Below, piece by piece: positions 50,232-59,163 of a stretch of DNA of 64,000 nt. Each line of letters opens with the position of its first letter. The first letter of the stretch is position 1. The stretch is from the IMG/VR virus record IMGVR_UViG_3300024581_003789, positions 59,665 to 123,664 of that record; one strand, written 5' to 3'. Under the pieces are notes generated by a model, which saw only the letters and a program-made list of their open reading frames with translations, did not search any database and was not told the origin of the DNA. This DNA is from a virus. The position numbers and the translations under genes are program-made.

Positions 50232-52730
50232 ATGTACGATTATCAAAAGGTTTATGAATCATCGCTCGAATATTTTGGAGGAGATGAATTAGCAGCTTCG
50301 GTCTTTGCAGGAAAATACGCATTGCAAGACGAAGAAGGAAATTATCTGGAGCTTACGCCAGATGATATGCACAAACGACTAGCAAAAGAATTTGCTCGCA
50401 TCGAAAAAAAATACGACAACCCAATGTCTGAAACAGAGATCTATAGTTTGTTTCAAGGTTTTCGTTTTATAGTTCCGCAAGGATCTCCTATGAGTGGGAT
50501 TGGAAATAATTCAAAAATTCAATCAATCTCTAACTGCTTTGTGATTGAGGCACCGGAGGACAGTTATGGTGGTATTTTAAGAGCAGATCAAGAGCAAGTT
50601 CAAATCATGAAGCGTCGTGGTGGTGTAGGGTTTGATGTTTCTACTATTCGCCCTAAAGGAATGTTTACGTCTAATGCAGCAAAAACTACTGACGGGATTG
50701 AGGTCTTTCTAGAAAGATTTTCTAATTCTTGCCGTGAAGTTGCACAAGGCGGTAGACGTGGTGCGCTAATGCTATCAATTTCTGTCCATCATCCTCAAGT
50801 TATGGACTTTATTAAAATCAAAAGAGACTTGACTAAAGTTACAGGTGCTAACATCTCTGTACGAGTAACCGATGAGTTTATGAATGCTGTAAAGCACGGA
50901 GATAGCTATCAACTACGATGGCCCGTACAAAGCATTACTGAGGGCGGCGGTGTTCCAGAAATAGAAGAATACGTCGACGCAAAAGAAGTTTGGAGCGAGT
51001 TGATCGAAGGTGCTCATGCATCGGCAGAGCCGGGTGTTCTTTTCTGGGATACTGCTACACGTATGACTCCGTCTGATGCATATTCAGATGTAGGCTTCGG
51101 TTCTGTTTCTACCAATCCGTGTGGTGAAATTATCCTTTCTCCGTACGATTCATGTCGACTTATGCTGATGAACCTTACGTCTTTCGTAGACAACGCATGG
51201 ACAGATGAAGCAAGTTTTGATTGGGGTAAGTTCAGAAACTACTCTCGTAAAGCACAACGTTTAATGGACGACATGATCGATCTAGAAATTGAGCAAATCG
51301 ATAAAATTCTTGCAAAAATTGATAGTGACCCTGAAGGAGATGCAACAAAATTACCAGAAAAACAGCTCTGGCTTAAGATTAAAGAGGTCGCGCAAAACGG
51401 TCGAAGAACTGGACTAGGAGTTACAGGTTTAGGTGATACTATTGCCATGTTAGGCCAAAGATACGGAGATAACGATTCAATCGAGACTGTGGAAGAAATC
51501 TACAAATGGTTATCTCTTGCTTCTTACGAGGAGTCTATCCAGCTTGCGAAAGAACGTGGGGCATTCCCAATCTTCGATGCATCCAAAGAAGAAGGCCACG
51601 AGTTTCTCGACAGAGTACTCAGTTCCCTAACAGAAGAAGTACAAGCTGACTATAGACAACATGGGAGACGAAACATTGCGAACACAACGACTGCACCTGC
51701 TGGTTCAGTTTCTTGTCTTACCCAAACTACGTCAGGTATCGAACCTGCCTTCATGTTATACTACAAGCGACGCAAGAAAGTACAAAACGGTGAGAAGGTA
51801 ATGTTCGTAGATGATCTTGGTGACGAATGGACAGAGTTTAACGTGTATCATCATGCTTTCAAACAATGGTTAGATAGTGACCATGGAACAACCGCCTCAG
51901 TCGATGACTTGGATCACGCAGTCGCTTTTAGCCCATATCACGGTGCTACCGCCAATGAAATTGATTGGCGTGCCAAAGTGAAGCTCCAATCAGTTGCGCA
52001 AAAGTGGATCTGTCATGCTATCTCGAACACTACGAATCTTCCAGCTGACATTGATGTAGAAACAGTAAAAGACATCTATATGCTTGGTTGGGAACTTGGC
52101 TGCAAGGGTGTAACCGTATATCGAGATGGAAGTCGTTCTGGTGTATTGGTTTCAACTGATGATAAAAAAGAACCGGAAAATACTATTACAGAAAGAGACG
52201 CACCAAAAAGACCTGAAGAATTGGAGTGTGACATCTATCACACATCAATTAAAGGGCAGAAGTGGGTCGTTTTAGTAGGACTTCTTAATGGTAAACCATA
52301 CGAGGTTATAGGTGGCGAGGCTGATCAAATAGAGATCCCTACTAAGTACAGACATGGTAAGCTTCAAAAAAGAGTATTTAAGACAAAGAATAGCAAATAT
52401 GATCTAACAGTGGGTACAGGTGACGACACCCTTCATGTAAGAGATGTAGTTTCAGTCTTTGACAACCCAAATCATGCAGGTTATACACGGGTTATTTCCA
52501 CTTCTTTACGTCATGGTGTACCTGTTCAATACTTAGTTGAGCAAATGCAAAAAGACAAAGAAATGGACATGTTTAGCTTTTCGAAAGTTATTTCCCGTTG
52601 TCTTAAAAACTACATTGTTGACGGTACAGAAGTTGCCAAGACATGCCCAGAATGCGGTGCTGAAGGTAGCTTAGTTTATCAGGAGGGCTGCGTAACATGC
52701 AAAAGCTGTGGAAGTGGAAAATGTGGCTAA
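50232..52730 (+). CDS. nrdJ: Class II (adenosylcobalamin-dependent) ribonucleotide reductase
   Basis: SNCF, TNPCGEI, GLGVTGL, TAPAG, GCKGVTVYRDGSR; no ATP cone; C-terminal Cys cluster CPEC...CVTCKSC..KC. Confidence 0.9.
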   Translation: MYDYQKVYESSLEYFGGDELAASVFAGKYALQDEEGNYLELTPDDMHKRLAKEFARIEKKYDNPMSETEIYSLFQGFRFIVPQGSPMSGIGNNSKIQSISNCFVIEAPEDSYGGILRADQEQVQIMKRRGGVGFDVSTIRPKGMFTSNAAKTTDGIEVFLERFSNSCREVAQGGRRGALMLSISVHHPQVMDFIKIKRDLTKVTGANISVRVTDEFMNAVKHGDSYQLRWPVQSITEGGGVPEIEEYVDAKEVWSELIEGAHASAEPGVLFWDTATRMTPSDAYSDVGFGSVSTNPCGEIILSPYDSCRLMLMNLTSFVDNAWTDEASFDWGKFRNYSRKAQRLMDDMIDLEIEQIDKILAKIDSDPEGDATKLPEKQLWLKIKEVAQNGRRTGLGVTGLGDTIAMLGQRYGDNDSIETVEEIYKWLSLASYEESIQLAKERGAFPIFDASKEEGHEFLDRVLSSLTEEVQADYRQHGRRNIANTTTAPAGSVSCLTQTTSGIEPAFMLYYKRRKKVQNGEKVMFVDDLGDEWTEFNVYHHAFKQWLDSDHGTTASVDDLDHAVAFSPYHGATANEIDWRAKVKLQSVAQKWICHAISNTTNLPADIDVETVKDIYMLGWELGCKGVTVYRDGSRSGVLVSTDDKKEPENTITERDAPKRPEELECDIYHTSIKGQKWVVLVGLLNGKPYEVIGGEADQIEIPTKYRHGKLQKRVFKTKNSKYDLTVGTGDDTLHVRDVVSVFDNPNHAGYTRVISTSLRHGVPVQYLVEQMQKDKEMDMFSFSKVISRCLKNYIVDGTEVAKTCPECGAEGSLVYQEGCVTCKSCGSGKCG

Positions 52731-52774
52731 ATACATGCCCTTGCTGCGGATGTGATCCTTGTGATTGCCACTAG
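52721..52774 (+). CDS. Candidate 17-aa Cys-rich micropeptide MWLNTCPCCGCDPCDCH
   Basis: ATG overlaps the nrdJ end; GC-rich relative to other intergenic DNA; stop lies just before the terminator. Confidence 0.55.
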   Translation: MWLNTCPCCGCDPCDCH

Positions 52775-52788
52775 CTCAATATTATATT

Positions 52789-52815
52789 AAAAGAGAGTGA
52801 AAACTCTCTTTTTTT
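52789..52815 (+). terminator. Rho-independent terminator (GAAA tetraloop) closing the replication operon
   Basis: AAAAGAGAGT-GAAA-ACTCTCTTTT followed by Ts. Confidence 0.85.
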
Positions 52816-52857
52816 GTTATAGTTAGCTATGTAATAAAATTACCTACGAGGAAGATT

Positions 52858-53724
52858 ATGAAGATTAAAAAGAGAGATTTACTAGCTCTTGTAGAATCCT
52901 ATTTAAAAGAGCAAGCATTAGATTTTAAACTATCAACCAGCGATAAAAGACCGTCATCAGAATCTGAAATAAAAACTGCTATAAATGATTTGGCTTATTT
53001 TTATGACAGAGCAAAAGAATTAAAAGAGCTTCTAAGTAATCAAATTTCAAGCTTAGAATCAAAATTTGGTGATATACAATCAATGACATTAGAAAATGTT
53101 ATGCCAATTAAATCTATTCTTTCTAGTCTCCCGGGTACAGAATCAATGATATCTAAGATAGATGCAGCATTAGATTTTATGAAAAAAATAGACACTGCCA
53201 TTTCAGATCTAGAAGATTTATTCGCCTCACCCATTGATTCTAAAAAATGGGCAGAGGAAACTGTGAAAAAATACATGGTTGACCCATCGAAATTTACAAA
53301 TCAGCCAGCGGCATCTAAAGCACTAAACTCAGCTCGTGCTTTAGGAGAATTGCTTGGATTGGTTGTTGATTCTTTCAAGGGAATGATAAAAATTTTCGAC
53401 ATGTCAAAAATACACAATCCAAATACAGACACAGAAGAATTTAATGCTTTAAAGTTTTTATTTAATGTATTGATTTTGTTTCCTAAGGCGATATTTGATG
53501 TTGACATGCAAAGTCAATTTTTAGATGAAAATATTAGTTTTCTAAAAGAGACATTTCCAAACGCAAGAAATATTCAGACTTTAGTTCAATTTATGGAAAA
53601 ATTATTAGAAGCAAACCAATCGTTGGAATCACTGGGTAATTCTTTAACCAGTATTAGTTTAACAAGCGCTAGAGATGCTAAAACGCAAGAAAGATTTAAC
53701 GACGACTACGAAGCCGGATTCTAA
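52858..53724 (+). CDS. Hypothetical helical protein, probable internal head protein
   Basis: GAGGA RBS; ATAGTTA upstream; MKIKKRDLLALVESYLKE N-terminus. Confidence 0.72.
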   Translation: MKIKKRDLLALVESYLKEQALDFKLSTSDKRPSSESEIKTAINDLAYFYDRAKELKELLSNQISSLESKFGDIQSMTLENVMPIKSILSSLPGTESMISKIDAALDFMKKIDTAISDLEDLFASPIDSKKWAEETVKKYMVDPSKFTNQPAASKALNSARALGELLGLVVDSFKGMIKIFDMSKIHNPNTDTEEFNALKFLFNVLILFPKAIFDVDMQSQFLDENISFLKETFPNARNIQTLVQFMEKLLEANQSLESLGNSLTSISLTSARDAKTQERFNDDYEAGF

Positions 53725-53753
53725 AAAATAAACTTATTGTTAGACTAAAACTT

Positions 53754-53781
53754 AAGAGAGGTGTAATAACCTCTCTTTTTT
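53754..53781 (+). terminator. Rho-independent terminator overlapping the clpP promoter
   Basis: AAGAGAGGT-GTAATA-ACCTCTCTT followed by TTTT. Confidence 0.8.
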
Positions 53782-53789
53782 GTTATAAT
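53761..53789 (+). promoter_or_regulatory. sigma70-like extended -10 promoter
   Basis: GTGTAA-N17-TATAAT with TGn immediately upstream of the -10. Confidence 0.6.
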
Positions 53790-53823
53790 AACATTATAAA
53801 AAATGATAAGCAAAGGAGAAATT

Positions 53824-54426
53824 ATGCTTTGGAAATACAATACATCACCACTAGTTAAAGAATACGAACTTCACATGCAGCCAGTTATCGTTACTGTTAA
53901 CAAATTTGACGAAGATAGTGCAAAAGAATTTAGAACTAAAATGGCCATGGCACATAATACAGGACAAAAAGTTATTCCAATCGTAATTGATAGCTATGGA
54001 GGTCAAGTATACTCTTTGATGTCTATGATTTCTACAATTAAGAGTTCTGAGCTTCCAATCGCGACAATTATCCAAGGAAAAGCAATGAGCTGCGGTGCAA
54101 TTTTATTTTCTTTTGGTGACGAAGGTCGACGCTTTATGGATCCAAATGCAACATTAATGATTCATGACGTGAGTTCAGGCCAACTAGGTAAAGTTGAAGA
54201 AGTAAAAGCATCAGCAAAAGAATCTGATCGATTAAATCAAATTATCTACAAGATGATGGCTCAAAATTGTGGAAAAGCTGATGATTATTTCTTAAAATTG
54301 GTTGATAAGAAAAAGCATGCTGACTGGTTTTTGGATGCCGAAGAAGCAAAAAAACATGGCTTAGCAAATCATCTTCGCGTACCAAAAATTAGCGTTAATT
54401 TGGATGTTAGTATTGACCTAGAATAG
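53824..54426 (+). CDS. clpP: ClpP-family protease
   Basis: AGGAG RBS + ATG 53824; IDSYGG, AMSCGA (Ser), MIHD (His), DWFLDAEEA (Asp). Confidence 0.88.
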   Translation: MLWKYNTSPLVKEYELHMQPVIVTVNKFDEDSAKEFRTKMAMAHNTGQKVIPIVIDSYGGQVYSLMSMISTIKSSELPIATIIQGKAMSCGAILFSFGDEGRRFMDPNATLMIHDVSSGQLGKVEEVKASAKESDRLNQIIYKMMAQNCGKADDYFLKLVDKKKHADWFLDAEEAKKHGLANHLRVPKISVNLDVSIDLE

Positions 54427-54451
54427 TTAAGTATTATTCAGGAGATATCTT

Positions 54452-54919
54452 ATGCAAGATGAAATAGCCATATATATTGGTTGTACAAAAGCTTTATTAT
54501 CATGGTTTCATGCAGCTCACCACGTCACAAAAGGCGCAGGATTTGCAGGAGACCATGTCAATCTTTACGGTGAAATCTACAACGGAATAAACGAAGACTT
54601 TGATGCATTGATAGAAAAGTTTATTGTTATTTGCGACTCTGAAAGAATCGCATGTCCGCTTGAAGCAACACTAGAGTCTGTTCCTTTTTTAATGCAATTT
54701 GAATCACCGGTTAATATGCCTGCAGATGCTATTGCAGCTGAAGCTTTAAATTTTATGAAGCACCATATTCAGCATTTGACCAGACTTTACGGAGTTCTTG
54801 AAAGAAACAGAGCACTAACTCTAGGCACAGATGATTATTTGGCTGCTGCAGCAAATCAATACGAAGAATATTTGTATTTGCTGGGTCAAAGAGTCAAGAG
54901 AGGCAACGTAGGATTATGA
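54452..54919 (+). CDS. Dps/ferritin-like protein
   Basis: WFHAAHHVTKG..F..DH..LY.EIY......FDALIEK matches Dps ferroxidase spacing (H, H, D, E). Confidence 0.7.
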   Translation: MQDEIAIYIGCTKALLSWFHAAHHVTKGAGFAGDHVNLYGEIYNGINEDFDALIEKFIVICDSERIACPLEATLESVPFLMQFESPVNMPADAIAAEALNFMKHHIQHLTRLYGVLERNRALTLGTDDYLAAAANQYEEYLYLLGQRVKRGNVGL

Positions 54920-55389
54920 AAAATATACAACTTTCAAAAAATCTGTGGTTAAGCGAGACAATTAAATCAAAAACGGCAATGCGAAGAGGAATAAGCAATT
55001 ATCCTACTGATGATCACCTAGATAATTTAAAGTATATTGCTAAAAACTTATTTCAGCCTATTAGAGATGCAGCTGGCGCGCCCATACATGTTTCTTCTGG
55101 CTATAGAAGTAAAGAACTTAATAAAGCCATTGGAGGATCAAAAACATCTCATCATATGTTAGGGTTGGCACTAGATATTGATAATGATTATAGAGAAAAT
55201 ACGTGGACAAACTCACAAATATTTCACTTTATCAAGGACAACTTATCATTCACCCAATTAATATGGGAGTTTGGAGATGATGACAATCCCGGTTGGGTTC
55301 ATGTTTCTTTGGTTCCTGGGAAAGAAAATAAAAAGCAAGTCCTAAAAGCTTATAAAGAAAACGGAAAAACTAAATACAAAAAGTTTTAG
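54916..55389 (+). CDS. Peptidase M15A zinc peptidoglycan peptidase (candidate endolysin)
   Basis: SSGYRS..N..IGGS..S.H..G.A.D and WVHVS. Confidence 0.85.
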   Translation: MKNIQLSKNLWLSETIKSKTAMRRGISNYPTDDHLDNLKYIAKNLFQPIRDAAGAPIHVSSGYRSKELNKAIGGSKTSHHMLGLALDIDNDYRENTWTNSQIFHFIKDNLSFTQLIWEFGDDDNPGWVHVSLVPGKENKKQVLKAYKENGKTKYKKF

Positions 55390-55414
55390 TTTAAAACAAA
55401 ATTGGAAAATACTT

Positions 55415-55452
55415 ATAGTGTATTAAAGGTTTACTTTGATGCACTATTTTTT
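55415..55452 (+). terminator. Long terminator-like hairpin
   Basis: ATAGTGTATTAAAG-GTTTA-CTTTGATGCACTAT (two G-U pairs) followed by TTTTT. Confidence 0.6.
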
Positions 55453-55509
55453 ATTATATAGTGCGGCGAATAAGCCAGTTAAGTTTTAGTTAAGTTTGAG
55501 TATAGATAA

Positions 55510-58500
55510 ATGACAGCTTTAAGAGTTAACGAGTCATCGGGTTCGATAGGCTCTCTACAAATTGCTGATGGACATGGCGGCTTTTTATCCGGAAGTATAT
55601 CAGTCACTTCCGGAATGACAATTCAAGACGACGGAATAGGAAACTTTACGTTAGGGATTGATCCTAACACATCAACAGTCATTGGAGAAGCTGAAGACGG
55701 TACGTACACTGACGGTCTATTTACAGACTTTAACCCGCAAACTCCGGTTGGTGTTGCAGTTGATAGATTTAATGAGATTCTTGCCTTGTTAGCGCCGGCA
55801 CCTGCACCAAATGTGCAGGAAATACAAACTGATACAACACAAGGTGACAATGTTTATTTGTCTTTTGGACAAAGCAACAATATAGAAATTTCTGATTCTT
55901 ATTTTAATGTGCTAGGATTCACAGATTACGGAACAAAAGACGTAAATGATTTGTTTGAAGCCGACACTTCTCAATCAGATATAAGAATGGGAAGTTATGG
56001 GTCAAAACCTACGATTACAGGAATTGTAAATGACAGTGTTCTTGCAGATGGTACAAACTATCCTAATGACGCATTTGGAAATGCTGACAATGGTACACTA
56101 AAGCTAATTGTAAACAATGCTACTGTGCACACTGTTGATCTTTCTTCTTTTGCTTCGGGTGACAGTTTGGACCCGCAAACAAACTCAGGATTTACAAATA
56201 TTCTGATTGCTACTTCTGGCCAACTATCTAACGGAACATCTTTTCCAAACTTTAAACACAGAACTGCTGAGTATATTATTACTCCTAGCACACAAAGACA
56301 AGGTTGGAATTGGGCAAAAGTCGTTCATGAAGTGGGTTCTGTTTCTTATGAGACGAACTATATTGAATGGATCAACGATGAAGACAGCAGCCTTCTTAAT
56401 GCAAACAATCAAGGTATGCTTTTCTCAGGAAACGGATCAGTTTATCTTTCTGGTATTAACTACTTTACAGGTGGTAGTACACAATATCGTGTTAAAATTG
56501 ACAACCTATACCAGAAAGTTTATGATAAAAATGATATATCGTTCACAGCTACAACATCAGGATTAAATCAAAATTCTAGTATATCTTTTTCACCAGTTCA
56601 AAAACCAACAATAGATACACAAGCAGGTGAAGATCATACAAAGTCACTTCATTTGACAGCTTCTAGTAATGTCAATACAGACTATATATTAGGCGGTACA
56701 ATTACAGCCGGCGTAAATGCGACGCATCCTTTTAAAAGTAGTCTAATCAATGCAGGAACAGCAACTGCTCCTGAAGTACTATTATATAATCTTACAAACA
56801 CATCTACTAACTACGTAGAAACCTTTCTAAAAGAAAATTTAAGATATCAAAGCGGAAGTTACGATACACAAGCTGTAGTACAAAACAGCCACTGGGATTC
56901 TACGCGGCACATTACTGGATCAAACTTAGGACATTCAGACGGCTTGCAATATTTTGCTACTCGTTTACACAGCCCACTAAATACACTTAACGGTGGTGAC
57001 TTTAGTGGTTTCTTTAACGGGCCGCAAAACAATCCTGACTACTCTGGCGAAACAGGATTGAGAACTTTCTATAGAGCTTTTCTAAATAATGAAAATCAAG
57101 ATGTGTACAATCTCAAACTAACAATTAATGGAACGGCAACAACTATTGTGCCTCGTGGAGACAGCCTAGATTCCGGAAAAATAAGAGTATTTTTTAAAAT
57201 TCCTGAAAAGACCGGGTGGATGGATATTGCACAAAACTTTTCATATCAGAGCACGAACGATGATGATGGTTGTCAAGCTTTAACTTTAGACAGTTCAATC
57301 AACACACAGTCTGTAAATTATTTAACTTTTGGAACAGTAAGCTTATCTCAAAATGAATACATAATTATGAAGATTGAAGCTGATATATCTTGGGTGGGCG
57401 ACATTAATCAAATTCAGGTTGTTCTTCCAGGAGGAACTGGTCAAGTAGACCCAGTTGTTGATTTGACAAATATTGATAGTGACAACACTGGTGTTACAGG
57501 AAAATTAAGTTTTGGATCTTCTAAGTCGATAACTGGGTATACAAATGTAGGTTCAACTGCTGGATATGTATCAAAAGATTTAAATGATTCGTATGATGCA
57601 CCTTCATCAAATACTGATTATCGACGCGGGATATTTGATGCAACTCAAGATATGACAGGAAGACTAAACGAAATAGTCACATCAGTAAACCCAGATTACC
57701 CAAATGATGCTTTCTTTAGAGGAAATGAAGGACAACTTATATTAGAATTAAATGGGACAGAAATTCATTCTGTGGATTTAGATACGTTTGGATCGGGAGC
57801 AACAGGTTCAGGAACATATTTCAATCTTAGTAGTTGGGCTCCTGCAAAATTTGACAATAATGTACCTGATTATTTAAATGTCTATAGAACAGGAACATAC
57901 GCAATTTCAAGTACACAGCAAGAAATTACCAATGGTTGGAACTATGCCAGAGTTATCCATAGGGTTGATGGTATCGATACAACAACAAATTATGTTGAAT
58001 GGGTAAATGATTCAGCAGGCCAAAACGATGATATTACATCAACTGTGGAAAGCATTGGTGAGTTTTCTGATTCCAATTTATTTTATTTAAGCGGCGTAAA
58101 ATACTTTACTAGCCCGACTGGAATCATTAAGGCAAAAATAGACAATTTATATACAAACGTCTATTCTGGTGACAGTAACGCCGTGTCAGTAACTGCAGTT
58201 CAAAATTGTTCATGCACACAAATAGAAATGCAAGGGTCAGGTTTGACATCACCAAAAACTTCATCTGGCGCAACTGCTACTTTGCAATCTCTAAATACAA
58301 CACTTCTTTCAGAAAATACGTCTCTAAACGTAACCGGCTCTTTAACTTTTACACAAAGTACATCAATTAGCGGAAGCTTCGAAGCTAACCCTAAAACAGT
58401 TAGCGCTTATATGTCCTTTAGACATCCACTTAAAAATAATTTAACAGCCACAACGCTTGAAAGTTCTCCTCTCTTAGTATTTAATCCAAGCGAAACGTCA

Positions 58501-59163
58501 AACGAAAATTTATCTGAAACCTTCACCGGTGAGACTTATCGATTGGTTGCTGGAAATTACAATAATCAAAGCGATGTTTTGTTAGGTGCATGGAATTCCC
58601 AAATTTCGATTAACGATGGTAACAATTCAGACTATTTAGATGGTCTAATGGTTCACGGTAACAAAGTAATATCTCCTTTAGCAGGAGGAAATGCTGGAGA
58701 CTTTAGAAACACTAACGACGGAGGAGTTTTTGAAGGTCCTGATAATAATGTTAATTACTCTTCGTTGACGCAAAATGAAAGAATTTACTTAAGATCGTTT
58801 AAAAACTTGACCACAAATGACGTAGCTAGCATAACAATCAGTCTTTCAGGTGAAGCAACATTAGTAAGTAAAAATACGACTTTGACAGACGACAAAATAC
58901 ATGTTGAGATAAAAACACCTGGAAAAACTGGTTGGATGGATTTAGGTTTACCAACAGATGGGTCATCTGCAGACGGATCTGGGTGTTATGTTGGTAATTT
59001 AACAAGTAGCATAACAACGTCTGGTGTATCTAATGTTTGTTCCTTTGGCGTCACAACTGTTAATGGAAGCAATAGCGGATCAGAATACTTTGTTATAAAA
59101 ATATCTGCTGATAAGTCATGGGATGGCTATATAGAGAATATAACTGTAAGTTGGAGCAGCTAA
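55510..59163 (+). CDS. Large virion structural protein (tail fibre/baseplate appendage) with internal duplication
   Basis: Ser/Thr/Gly/Asn-rich, beta-type composition; two ~550-aa homologous halves. Confidence 0.75.
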   Translation: MTALRVNESSGSIGSLQIADGHGGFLSGSISVTSGMTIQDDGIGNFTLGIDPNTSTVIGEAEDGTYTDGLFTDFNPQTPVGVAVDRFNEILALLAPAPAPNVQEIQTDTTQGDNVYLSFGQSNNIEISDSYFNVLGFTDYGTKDVNDLFEADTSQSDIRMGSYGSKPTITGIVNDSVLADGTNYPNDAFGNADNGTLKLIVNNATVHTVDLSSFASGDSLDPQTNSGFTNILIATSGQLSNGTSFPNFKHRTAEYIITPSTQRQGWNWAKVVHEVGSVSYETNYIEWINDEDSSLLNANNQGMLFSGNGSVYLSGINYFTGGSTQYRVKIDNLYQKVYDKNDISFTATTSGLNQNSSISFSPVQKPTIDTQAGEDHTKSLHLTASSNVNTDYILGGTITAGVNATHPFKSSLINAGTATAPEVLLYNLTNTSTNYVETFLKENLRYQSGSYDTQAVVQNSHWDSTRHITGSNLGHSDGLQYFATRLHSPLNTLNGGDFSGFFNGPQNNPDYSGETGLRTFYRAFLNNENQDVYNLKLTINGTATTIVPRGDSLDSGKIRVFFKIPEKTGWMDIAQNFSYQSTNDDDGCQALTLDSSINTQSVNYLTFGTVSLSQNEYIIMKIEADISWVGDINQIQVVLPGGTGQVDPVVDLTNIDSDNTGVTGKLSFGSSKSITGYTNVGSTAGYVSKDLNDSYDAPSSNTDYRRGIFDATQDMTGRLNEIVTSVNPDYPNDAFFRGNEGQLILELNGTEIHSVDLDTFGSGATGSGTYFNLSSWAPAKFDNNVPDYLNVYRTGTYAISSTQQEITNGWNYARVIHRVDGIDTTTNYVEWVNDSAGQNDDITSTVESIGEFSDSNLFYLSGVKYFTSPTGIIKAKIDNLYTNVYSGDSNAVSVTAVQNCSCTQIEMQGSGLTSPKTSSGATATLQSLNTTLLSENTSLNVTGSLTFTQSTSISGSFEANPKTVSAYMSFRHPLKNNLTATTLESSPLLVFNPSETSNENLSETFTGETYRLVAGNYNNQSDVLLGAWNSQISINDGNNSDYLDGLMVHGNKVISPLAGGNAGDFRNTNDGGVFEGPDNNVNYSSLTQNERIYLRSFKNLTTNDVASITISLSGEATLVSKNTTLTDDKIHVEIKTPGKTGWMDLGLPTDGSSADGSGCYVGNLTSSITTSGVSNVCSFGVTTVNGSNSGSEYFVIKISADKSWDGYIENITVSWSS

